Below are positions 43,008 through 53,900 of a DNA stretch of 64,000 bases, one piece after another. The notes below the pieces were generated by a model, which saw nothing but the letters and a program-made list of their open reading frames with translations, did no database searches and was not told where the DNA came from. Origin of the DNA: Cyanophora paradoxa CCMP329 (lineage: Eukaryota; Plantae; Glaucophyta); NCBI GenBank assembly GCA_004431415.1, contig QPMI01000010.1, positions 186,001 to 250,000 on the forward strand, in the 5' to 3' direction. Each line of letters opens with the position of its first letter. Position 1 is the stretch's first letter. The translations under genes and the position numbers were made by a program.

Positions 43008-43813
43008 CTCTAGCCGGCTAGCTCTAGCCGCCAGCTCGGCCTATCCCCCCACCTCCGGCCTGCAACCCCGCAGCTGCCGCCGACTGCCCGTGCCCGTGCC
43101 CCCCCCGGACCCCCCGCAAGCTGCTCGAGGATACCCGGCTACCTGCCCGCCTCCCGCGCGGCCGCGAGGCGGAGTCCCGCCTGCGCTAGCTTTGCCCTCC
43201 CCCTGCATGCAACTGCCCTCCCCTCCGAGGCCTCGCCGAGTCGGCTCGGAGTAATTAGCCCAGTAGACCGTCGGACATGGTGCGGCCAGGACGGCCCTTG
43301 AGCTTCACCAGACTCTGAAATATGCACGTGCGTGTGCGCCGTGCCACGGTGACGCTGGCATCAGGAGGTCTAAATATAGAGGTCCGTGCGCGTGTTCTGT
43401 CTTAGCTTGCCAATTGAGAGGTGCACGTGCACGTGAATCGAAGTTGGTAGGAAGAGGGAAGGAAAAAGATTGATTAAAGAGAGGATTCGAATTCGAGGGA
43501 TTCGGTCACTCAGACACGGTCCGGCCGCGAGCCGCTGGAAATTAAACAGCGGCTCGTGGGGAGGGGGGCGACCTCCGAGCCCCACCCCCCCTCCCCCACC
43601 CACCCAGATAACCGCGCGCGGTTGCGAGCCCCCGTTTAAAAACAAAGAGCGGCCACCCTCACGCCTTGAAGCCCAAAGACCCCAAGGCCATTCTTGCTCC
43701 GCAGGGACATTGTTAAACGTTGTGAGTTGAGAATTGCTACAGCAGATCTAATTATAAGCTTTAATTTCGCTCAAGCTGATAGCTGGAGCTTAACTACGTA
43801 TACTTGATTGCAC

Positions 43814-45225
43814 CTAAAAACCACCGAAGTCGGCGCCATCAACGTCCGCGGTGGCGGCGGCGGTGTCGGCGGCAAGGTTGGCCTCCTGAAGGTCAAGATC
43901 GTCGTCGTAGTCGTTGCCGTACACGACCTCCTCTTCCGCGACACTCACGTCGGGGACCGCGCCGACAGCCTCCGCGACGGCGGGGGCGGCGATGCTGATC
44001 GCGGTCTTCGCGTCCACGAATGCATATCAGCGACAGAGGAGATTTAAGAGGGCGAATGATAGACCCGCGGACCACCAGTTCTTTGGCGACCACCCGCTGC
44101 TCCTCCGCCGGAAGAGCTTGGTAGGCAAGTCCGACCGTTTTGACGACCTCCTCAATCTGCAGGAGGGAGAAAGATAAGCTGGAATCAAGGATAGATAATT
44201 TATATGATTCGAATCGACATCGATATCGCGATGGGTCGCTTCGTGAACGTTAACGTCAACGGAGCAAGCGAGCTTTCTGATTTGAAGCCTAGCATCGAAG
44301 GATCTACGTATATACGTATATATATACATATGCCGCAGTGCATGCACTTACGTTGGAGGCGTCAATCACTGCCGGAATGTTGACCGTTTTGATCACCTGC
44401 GAAAGTTGACGCGGCTAGAACGCTGACATGTACAGAGTGCATCTCGCAAAAGCACACACCGCGGCACGGTGCGGGAGTGTGTCCACATCGCCCATGTGGT
44501 TCTGAATGAACTTTGCAATCGCGACCTCGAGCGGGGGGAGCGCGCCCACGGTGTCCAGGAGGGCTTGCCCGCTTTCCTCGGACTCGACCATCACGACCTG
44601 CGGAAGAGGTGCTTCCGGAATCAATATATATGTATATATATATAAGCTTATCAATAAAGCGCATTGCACAGATGTTTAATTTCATGACTGCACGCGCCTG
44701 ATCGTCCTGGTCGAGCTTCATAGCCAGAGTGTTGACTGGCGATTTCACGCATCTCCCGCTGCTGAGGTACAAGAAGCTGCCGCCATAGTGATTGCATCTG
44801 CGAGCGATATATAAATGATCAGAATCGAATTCGATGACAGAAGTGTACATATGCATGCAGCAGTGCGCCCAAAGCTGTAAAACACATGTACATAGTAAAC
44901 GCACTGATTAGCGTCGCCCACATACCTGGCGGGGACGATAAGCAGGCGGGAACGAGAAGCAGGCGGGAACAATTTCACACACCAGTAGACAGGAGGCTCC
45001 GATGTGTCAAAGTAACCAGAGCCATCAGGCGCCTGAATGCGTCGAAGTCAGTTTTCCACCCGCGGCATACATAATTACAGCAGCCCTACCATGATAGGGT
45101 TATCGCCCACATTCCAGGTCAGACACCACTCGTTTCCTTCCTCGTAGCAATAACCGTCGAGGCGAACGACCGGCTTCGGGGGCGGAGGGAACCAGTTGCC
45201 CATGTTTCCGAAGTTCTCTGCCACG
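43814..45225 (-). CDS. Hypothetical multi-exon protein with acidic, Ala-rich C-terminal tail; 5' end unresolved
   Basis: In-phase exons with plausible splice sites: ENFGNMGNWFPPPPKPVVRLDGYCYEEGNEWCLTWNVGDNPIM|APDGSGYFDTSEPPVYWCVKLFPPASRSRLLIVPAR|CNHYGGSFLYLSSGRCVKSPVNTLAMKLDQDDQ|VVMVESEESG..|VIKTVNIPAVIDASN|IEEVVKTVG..|..YDDDLDLQEA..DFGGF*. Confidence 0.6.
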
Positions 45226-45823
45226 GTTTGTCACGAGAACGTTAACGCTTTCGTCCGTCATTATTAATGCAACCGCGGGCTGTCGGAGAGGAGCAAGCAG
45301 ATCTATAGCAAGGACTAGGAACGCGACGATGACCCGGCTGCGTGATAATGTTGTACCATTATAAATATCAGACATTCGCATTCCACCACCATGGCCAACA
45401 CCATTAGTATCATATTTAACACTTAGAATATCTCGTGTTCCGTCACAAATTTGGGATATTTCCGTTGGATTAGTTCCAAGATTCTGAATCTTATTGTAAA
45501 TGGTGAAGATCGAACGAACTATTACCATAACATGGAAGGGCTGCACCTTGATGTTGAGAAGGCTCACAACGAATGTCGATCCCCGAAGCCTTGAAGTTTA
45601 AAAATCTACTAGGCTAGGACTTCGGGATCCGGCTCGGGGGCAGGTACCGGTGGACTCCTGCTACCTAGACTCCTAGTAGCTCGTTTGGGGCCGCGCCGCA
45701 CCGCCGCCTCAGTCTACCAAGTCGTTCTGTATACTGCAGTACGGCCACTGTAGCTACCGGTATACATACTGTAGACTTATAGACTATACAGACTACTGTC
45801 GAGTCCGTGTCGACGTCGATTTA

Positions 45824-46083
45824 CCGTGTAACAGGAAAATACCAGATCGGAAATTAGTGGATCGTAAAACTTGGCCCTCCCACAGGCGAAACACTGGAGC
45901 CCGAAATTAGTGGATCGTAAAACTTTCAGGCTTGTATGGGGCGGTAATTTGGGGGGTACTGTATGAGGCCGCGCCCCATCAGGGAATTAGTGGAGCTCGA
46001 AATTAGTGGACTGAGTCAAAAGTTTGGTCCACTAATTTCCAGCTCCACTAATTATCAGCGTCCAGTATTTTCCTGTTACACGG
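45824..46083. mobile_element. Intact pogo/Tc1-type MITE (aattagtgga subfamily), 260 bp
   Basis: Perfect 19-bp TIR ccgtgtaacaggaaaatac with TA on both sides. Confidence 0.95.
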
Positions 46084-46174
46084 TACCGCCGGGCGGCCCG
46101 GCGCGGGCCGCGTGTATTGGCTAGCGGCTTGTCAAACAGACTCACTCTACAGCTGTGAATCTTCACACATTGTA

Positions 46175-46403
46175 CTGTAGGAGGCGGAAAATTGCCGAGG
46201 CGAAAAATTGCCGAATTCGTCCAAAACCGGAATTGCCATGGCGATAAATTGCCGAATCCAGATTCTAGATCTGCTCTATGGCGGGCTAGGCAAATACCTA
46301 CCCCCGGGCCCCAGCAACATTGCCGAGTCGTTAAATTGCCGAATTCAGCGTCTCGTCAATTTTACGGCAATTTTTCGCCTTGGCAATTTTCCGCCTCCTA
46401 CAG
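46175..46403. mobile_element. MITE (aattgccg subfamily)
   Basis: Long TIR ctgtaggaggcggaaaattgcc(g/a)aggcgaaaaattgccg with TA at left. A diverged copy lies at 48859-49074. Confidence 0.92.
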
Positions 46404-47059
46404 CTAGAGCCAGTATTAATATTACCGTGCACATGTACTACGGTACGTAACCGTTCGAGCAACAGAAAAATAGTGGATCGTAAAACGGTTACAACGGTAT
46501 TCTCAGACCGCAGCACCGTAAAACCCGGTATTTTCCAACGTTAACGGTTTTAGTGGATTGTAAAAACCCGACCCTCCCTTTTAGGGCCCGGAGGGTATTT
46601 CGAATTTTCGAATTCGAGTCCGCGTCCGACGCGCTCTTAATTTGCCGTGCGCCCTATCCAAAAAACATTCTAATTTCTGGCACTCCTTCTGACAGCGAAT
46701 TCGGCGGACCAGAACTTGTCTAGCAACGACGTCGACTCGGCGACATCGAGTTGACATCGACACCTCTTAGGCTACCGGTAGCCTGGCAGTCTCCTCAGGG
46801 CCTCTGCATAGGAGCGGCGCGCGCGAATTTGCAATATTAATTGATATTCAGAGTAGAAAGCTTAAGATTAGTGCGGTCTCATGAGTCATCGTACGGGAGT
46901 TCTCTCGATATCGACTCGGCGATCGCGATCGGCGACCTGAAGGCTCGGGCCTGAGTACTACGGTAATGCGACCCGAACTTCCCGACGAACTTCGGAAGCC
47001 CTTAAGTGCCGAACTTCCGAAGTTCAGAAGCAGCAGCCTGGCAGCGCTAGGCGCAGCTA

Positions 47060-47310
47060 CCGTGAAAACGCATTAATTTAATTTGGTACCGCAATAATAT
47101 ATATCAAAACGCTTAGAAACCGCTGGATGTACCCCCTACCGCAGCCAAAAGCTTCAAAACGCATTAATTTGGTGCCGCATTAATAGCTATAATATAATAG
47201 GGCCCCGCGGGGGTCCGGGTCCAAAAACGCATTGAAGACTGTGGCCGGTAATTCACAAAAAAACCGCATTAATATCTGGCGCATTAATGAACTTCGGAAG
47301 TGTTTTACGG
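47060..47310. mobile_element. MITE (gcattaat subfamily) containing a micro retro-insertion
   Basis: TA|ccgtgaaaacgc...gtgttttacgg. Repeated aaaacgcattaat. The block gggggtccgggtccaaaaacgca is shared with 23400 and 29275. Confidence 0.75.
47234..47264 (+). mobile_element. Ultra-short (~31-nt) retro-insertion, family B 3' tail
   Basis: gactgtggccggtaattcac + A7, flanked by duplicated cgcatt. Confidence 0.75.
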
Positions 47311-48199
47311 AAGCTCTACTATAGCTACTGACTCAAGATCAGTACTGAGTTACTTAGTCTGAGTACTGGTAGCCACTGCTAGCCAGTGGTAGGCAGACTA
47401 GGCACTGCTAGGCACTAGTAGGCAGTGGTAGGCTGCGTAGGCACTGGTAGCCTTGTGGTAGGCACTGCTAGGCAGTGGTAGCTGGCCTGGGCATGCGCAG
47501 CCTGGGCTGATCATGAGGCCGCTGAGCTGGCCATGGGCCATGGCCTATGAATCCGGCCAACTTGGCAAGTTAGGGCCAACCGTTGAATCGGAACTGGCAA
47601 TCATTTGAATTGCTCACTCAGTGAGTCGCCACTGACAGTGACGTCGACTGACTCGACAGTGCTCATGATCAGTGCTCAGTGCTCACTGCCAGGCTGCTCA
47701 GTGCTATAACTGCGCACTGAGTCACTGAACTAATCATAGTAATGTAGCCATTATGTAGGACGGCTTGAAAATTGAAATGCCGTGGCGATAAAATGCCGTG
47801 GCCACAGAATAGCACAGATCTGGACTGGGATTCGTTAACGTTAACTGTTGAACCGTTGAACTTTTGGAACGTTAACGTTTGCAAGTGCAATTGCAACTTG
47901 CAACTTCTTGAAAAGTTGCAAGTTTGGAACGTTCTGATACGTTCAACGGTTGCCCTAGTTGCAACCTATTGGTTAACCGACCAATCAGACTTCAGTTGCA
48001 AACCCTTTTTTTACCACCCAATCAGACCGTCGGACGAGAGTATCTTTAGTGACTCTTTACCGAAATCAAAAGCTCAAGAGATGATTCCCGGGCCCCCCAC
48101 CCCCCACGCATGAAGGCTATAGCTACTTCGAGGCTAGTACGAGGCTAGTACGAGGCTACTACGAGCCTACTAGGCTATATATATACATATACATATATA

Positions 48200-48455
48200 C
48201 CGTATAGGGCACTTTATATCTGGATCGAGATCTGGACACAAATTTGGTACCGCGCTAATTCTGTCCTGCGAACTCGCTCCATACCGTACTCCCCTAAAAT
48301 TACCGCCCATACAAGCCTCCAAATTTATAACATGGTAATTCGGTTCCGCGGTATTTCGCTCAACGGAGCGTCGGAGCCTACGGTCCTCTGGCTACGGAGG
48401 GCCGGGTTTTATAATTATATAACGCGGTAATTTATGCTGCGGTAATTTAGTGCCC
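48200..48455. mobile_element. MITE (aattaccgcg subfamily), degenerate
   Basis: Right part is the reverse complement of the 29550 left end (ggcactaaattaccgc.gcataaattaccgcgtt). Contains the core aattaccgcccatacaagcc. Confidence 0.7.
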
Positions 48456-48858
48456 GACGATCGTCAGGCGCCGCGGCGACGTAGCCCCCCGCCACTGGCG
48501 GCCACTGAGTGGGGTGCCAGTGGGGGGGGGCCACCGACTCAGTGGGGTCGGACCGCCACTACGCCCACCCCTACTACTAACCCCACTGGCCGCCGGGCTA
48601 CAGTGGCTAGCAGTGGCTAGCCTGAGTACACTGGCTACTAGCCTACTGAGTTACTCTGAGTAGTACTGGCTCTAGGCTAGTACTAGATTACGTGACCGGT
48701 AAATGGCGGTACTACGGTAATATGTGACGTGCACGGTGCACTAGTACTCAACGTATACGAGTCACTGTACTGATCATAACATTAACACGACTATACTGGT
48801 ACAGTTCATTCAATGATTTGGAACTACTGTATACGAAGGAGGCGTAACTTAACTGTAT

Positions 48859-49074
48859 ATGTAGGAGGCGTAACTTAACTTAGCGTTCTCAAATTGCCAA
48901 ATTCATCAAAAACCGGAATGCCGAGTCGATGAATGGCCGAGGCCAGACCTTCGCTCTATGGCGGCTTAAGAAAATGTGTACCCCAGCAACATTGCCGCGT
49001 CGTTAAATTGCCGAATTCGGCGTCTCGGCAATTTACGGTAATTAATAGACCCGGCAAAATTCCGCCTCCTACAG
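48859..49074. mobile_element. MITE (aattgccg subfamily), second copy
   Basis: tgtaggaggcg...ccgcctcctacag|TA. Internal ccccagcaacattgccg.gtcgttaaattgccgaattc matches 46310-46347. Confidence 0.85.
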
Positions 49075-49506
49075 TACAGTCTCCATAACCCGTGACCAAT
49101 TGCAATTCAATGCACAATGACACTGTGAGTCTGTGACACTGGCGTCTGAGGTACGTATACTAGTAACGGTACTACGGTAACGGCGATCGATATCGCACCG
49201 GTACCGCGATTCGCGCGCGAGTTCTTCAAGAGTCTTTGTCGCAAATTCAGGGTGCGCCCGCCGCCTGCCGCCCGCGGCGCCGCGCGCGCCGCGGCGCGCG
49301 TTAGACAGCTGCGCGCATGCAGGCCCGACTAGACTAGGCTAGGCCTCATGATCAGGGCCTGACGAACTAGATCATCGGAACGTCAAGGGCCCGTTCGATC
49401 TGCTGCTGATGCGACTCCGCCCGGCGGCCGCGGCGAGTTTCATCGTGCTGATTTCGATCCGGGATCCGATCCGCTGAGCGCAGCCGCAACATCCGTTACA
49501 GACGCC

Positions 49507-50428
49507 ATGGCATCCTGCGCCGCGCCCACCAAGTTTTTCGCGGAGCGCTTCGCCGATGCCGTCGCCGCGGACCCCGGCGCGGAGCGGTCGTACCTCGCCT
49601 TCGACGTCCAGGTGAGCGCGCGCTTGCAATTGGCGATATCGATGGATGCTTCGAATTCTGGGCCGCCCCGCTCATTAATATTCATAATAAAACTAACATA
49701 TGCATTCCCCCTCTGCCGCAGACGAAGTGCATGGGCGATGTGATGGCTCACGTGAAGTGCGCCTGCGGGGACCCCGCCGCCCTCGGCATCGACTTCACCA
49801 ACCCTACGTCCCCGGCATTCCAGGCCAGTCACGGCCGGCCGGCACCGGCCGCCGGCAGGGCTAATTTAAAACTTCAGCGCTAATTATAACCAACCCTGGC
49901 CCCTGAAATGACGAAGAGTGACACCCGAACCAGCTTTAGCGAATCTGAACTTTAGCTTTAACCAGCCCTCTAATTATATATATAGTGTACAATGCCGATC
50001 GATATCGTCGAAGAGTGACACCGTGGGACGCAGGCGTGGGACGGGTGCGCGCGGCCGCTGTTGGCGCAGGGCCAGCAGTGCCGCGTCGACTGGGACCTCG
50101 TCAGCGCCCCGCCGAGCTCGGCCCTGGACGCCGACGCGCAGGAGGCCGACGAGGACGAGGCCGCGGCCGAGGCCGAGGCGGTGCGCCCTGCAGCCGTCGA
50201 CGTCACACGCGATGTCCACTTGAAATTTCCCCGTGCCGTGCCTAGATCTAGATCTAGATCTAGACCAATTTTCGGGCCCCGGCGCCGCCCTCATCGCTAT
50301 ATATATATATGACCTCTCCTGAGCTCGCGATCGCGATCGCCCCGCCTGAGCTCGCGCAGGAGGAGGACTTCGCGGAGGCTATCGCCGCCGCCGACGCCGA
50401 AGCCGCCGCCGCCGACCTCGCCGCCTAG
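49507..50428 (+). CDS. Hypothetical ~140-aa protein, 4 exons, CX9C...CX10C motif and acidic tail
   Basis: MASCAAPTKFFAERF..AFDVQ|TKCMGDVMAHVKCACG..PAFQ|(GC donor)AWDGCARPLLAQGQQCRVDW..EAEA|EEDFAEAIAAADAEAAAADLAA*; all phases compatible. Confidence 0.7.
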
Positions 50429-50929
50429 CCGCCTAGCGCTAGCCGCCTAGCCGCCCGCCCGGCCCGCTCGGCAGCGGCCGCGGCGGCTTGTGATTGCGAC
50501 ATCGATCGCCCGCCCCCACACAGTAAGCCGGCTTCGTTGAAATGGCATGTCTAGAGTGGCCGCGGAGCCTTGGGGGTATTGGGGTATGGGGGTATTGGGG
50601 GGGGGGGGGCAGGAGGCGGGGGAGCGGAGAGCGGGGGGGGGGGGGGGGGGGGGGGCCTCCGCGAGTCATGATCAGGAGTCGCGCGACGGCCGCGGGCTTC
50701 AGCTGCCACTTTATTTAATGCAAATCTTTCCAATTTATGCAAGAGAAGGAGCAAGTTGGGGGGCCGAACTCATGATCAGAATCATGCCTATGATCAGGCG
50801 GCGAGCTGCAGCTGGGGGCCGGGGCTGAGGGCGGCGAGGCGGGCAGAGAATCCCTCTATTAGCTATAGGCTAGTTTATCTGAGTATAAGAGCGCATTAAT
50901 TTATCCGAGCTGCAGCTGGGCGGCGGGCG

Positions 50930-53900
50930 TCAGGCGGCGGGCTGCAGCTGGGCGTGGGGACCGGGGCCGAGGGCGGGGCCGAGGGCGGCGAGGCGGGCCT
51001 CGCAGGCGCGCAGCACCCCGAGGCGCCCCCCCAGCTCTCCCCTGCGCGCGGGGGGCGAGAGCGTTTGAGGGGCGGGTGAGCTTGAGAGGCGATTGCGAGC
51101 GATGAAAAGGAGGGATGCGCGGGTGTTTCCATTACGGAAACGAAAAGAAACGGCCGGAAACGGGGTTATCTAGAAGGTCGCGATCGCGATTTAAGGATTG
51201 AAACAATATGGTTATCTATATCTAGATAATTATAAGGGGTTATCTTTCCCCCATATTGATCCCTAAATCAAACGGGGCGCGCGGCTTTATAAATCAAAGC
51301 GGAGGCGGAGGCGCAGGGGCGCGAATGCACCGGCGGCGGGCGGCCTCGGGGGGCTCGCGGAGGAGGAAAGGGGGGCAGGGGCGGTTGTTTAGATGTAGAG
51401 CAGATGCGATACAAGAGGTCGACGTCTTCTCTAGATATTTATATAGGAGGCGCTTTATATGGTCTTTGGCCGGGGCGGCTTCAAGAGGAGGCGAGGCTCG
51501 AGGCTCGCACCGCCGACTTAAGCTTAGATATTACAGAGCTTGGTCTTGGGTCGACTTAAGCTTAGATATTACAGTGGAGGCCCGCAACTATATATAGCGC
51601 AGGGCGCGAATGCACCGGCGGCGGGCGGCCTCGGGGGGCTCGCGGAGGAGGCCGGCGAGCCCGCCCTCCCGCCCCCCCGCAGGCAGCAGCACCTGCGGGG
51701 GCCGTGAGCTTGAGGGGGAAAGGAGATGTAGAGGGGGGGGTCGGAGGCGGCGGGCCTCGGCGAGGAGCCAGTCCTCCAGCTCGTCCTGATCGCGGGAGGA
51801 TAAGCTTAGTAATTTTATAAGGAAACGGTCCTCCGGGGGGGGGGGGGGGGGGGGGAGAAGGGGAAAGGGAAGGGGGTACGGCGCACGGGGAAGTCCTCCA
51901 GCAGCTTCGCGTCGGCGATCTGAAGCGGCGGGCACGCGCAGACTCGAAGGGGAGGCTCGAAGGGGAGGCTCAGGGCCGGGGGGGGGGGGGGAGGGTGGGG
52001 GGGGGGGAGCGCACCTGGGGCACGTCGGCCGCCAGCGTTGTCGTCACCTACGAAGCCCCGTCGTGATTAGCCGAACGAGCGAAAGGGGCACAGCAAGCGC
52101 GCGGCGGGGCTAATCACGAGCTAAAGGCCCCCCTAGGGGCACCTAAAGGCTAATCACAAAGGGATCGAGCGGAGGGGCCTTTGGCTTGATTAAAAATGGA
52201 GGCCTAGGGTGCTTCGGAATCGTCGGGGCGGGCCGGGGCGCGCCTGCTCGACGTGGTCGTGGAGGAGGCCCTCTGCGGGAGGAGAGGGGGGCTTAGAATT
52301 GAGCTGGCCATGGGCGCGGGGGGCGCGGGGCGAGGGGCGGGGCGGAGGGCGGGGGCGCACTGGTGACGCCGAGGGCGTAGGGGTCGTGGTAGTAGCTGTA
52401 CCCCACGATCCGCATCTGCGCGGGGGTCGAATGCGAAAGAAAGAAAGAAAGAAAGAATAAAGAAGCTAGAGCTGGGATCGAATCAGAATCTACTCGATTT
52501 CGGAATTCGAAGCTTAAAGGGCTGGGCAGGGTGGGGTGGGCCTCTCCAGAGAAAAAATAAAGGAATAGGGCGGGGCGGTGCGGGTCGGGTCGTCCCCGGG
52601 CCTGCCTCAGGCAGCCTGGTCGGCCTGGGTGGGGGCCAGCAGGCAGCCTCTAGAAAGAAAGCTACTCTTCTTCTTTTCTCAAGGGGCGGGGCGGGCCTGG
52701 TCGGCCTCGGCATGGGGGGCGACGGAGAGGCGGAGGGCGACGTCGGGGCGCCCCAGCACGCCCGCCTCCACCAGCAGCGCCTCCCGCAGCGCCTCCCGCC
52801 CGTCGATCCGCACCTGTCAAACATAAATAAAGGCTCATAAGGCCTAGGCCTCGAAATCGGCGGGCGCCTAGAGCTAGCTAGGCCTGGCGCGGGGCGGGGC
52901 GCGCGCTTCATATTTGTAAGCTATAATTATAACATAATCTTTAATGCAGTGTAAGACTGCGAGAACTGAGGTCCACGAGCATCGCTGCAGGGGGCGCGGG
53001 CGCGGGGAGGGTTTCCAGCTTGGGGGGCGGCTGTGAATTGGGCCTATGGCTTAGGAAATCCACGGCCTAGGAAGGCCTATGGGGCGGATGTGAGGGGACC
53101 CTATATACCCTAGGAGGAGGGAGGGGAGGAGGGGCTCTGCGGCCCAGGGGGCGGCTGTGGGGGGTGGGGCACACCTGGACGCGGGCGCGCCCGAAGCCGA
53201 CCTCCACCTCCACCGCCACCCGGCCCCCCGCCTGCCCCGCAACACAATTGAAAAATAGATCGGATTTACGCGGGTAGAGGGGCGGAGCCTCGGAGGGGGC
53301 GTAACTTGAGGGGCGGGGGGCAGGGCGAGGCGAGCTGCGGCTGCCGCGGGGCCGGCGACCCCCTCCCCGCCCCGCCCGCGGCCGCGGCCGCCGGCACCGG
53401 GCCCGCCGCCCACTCGGACTGCCCCCGCGCGCGCGTCAGAACGATACATGGGCACAAATTTCGCCTTCAATCCTAAGAAAAAGCTTCTAGATCGCCTCGT
53501 ATATATAATTTCAAAGAGCGTTCGAGCTCGAGGCGGGCTCGAGGGCGGACCTCCTAGATCTCTCTCTCTAGTTCGCCTCTAATAATCGTAGATCGCCTCC
53601 TATAATTTTGAGGGCTCGAGGGCGGACCTGGGCGGCGAGGACGCGGCCGGAGGTGAGGATTAGGACGGCCTTGCCCGCCTCCCAGCGCTCCCCGACCCGC
53701 CTGCGCGCCGGTCGCCGGAAAGCGAAAGCTGAAGAGCTCCGCAGCCGGGGGCGGAGGCGGGGGCGCCGACCGGCAGAAGCGTAGCGTGATGTCAACCTGC
53801 AGATATCGATTAGGCTGCGACTTTAGGTATGGCATGGGTGCGAGACGTCGACTAAATACAGCAGAGCTCGACTGCAAGATCTAGCCAGGTGCGGGGCGGG

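Noticed and set aside
47315-47490. taggcactgc/taggcagtgg ~10-nt repeats
   Set aside because: Degenerate low-complexity sequence with no spacers or coding signal.
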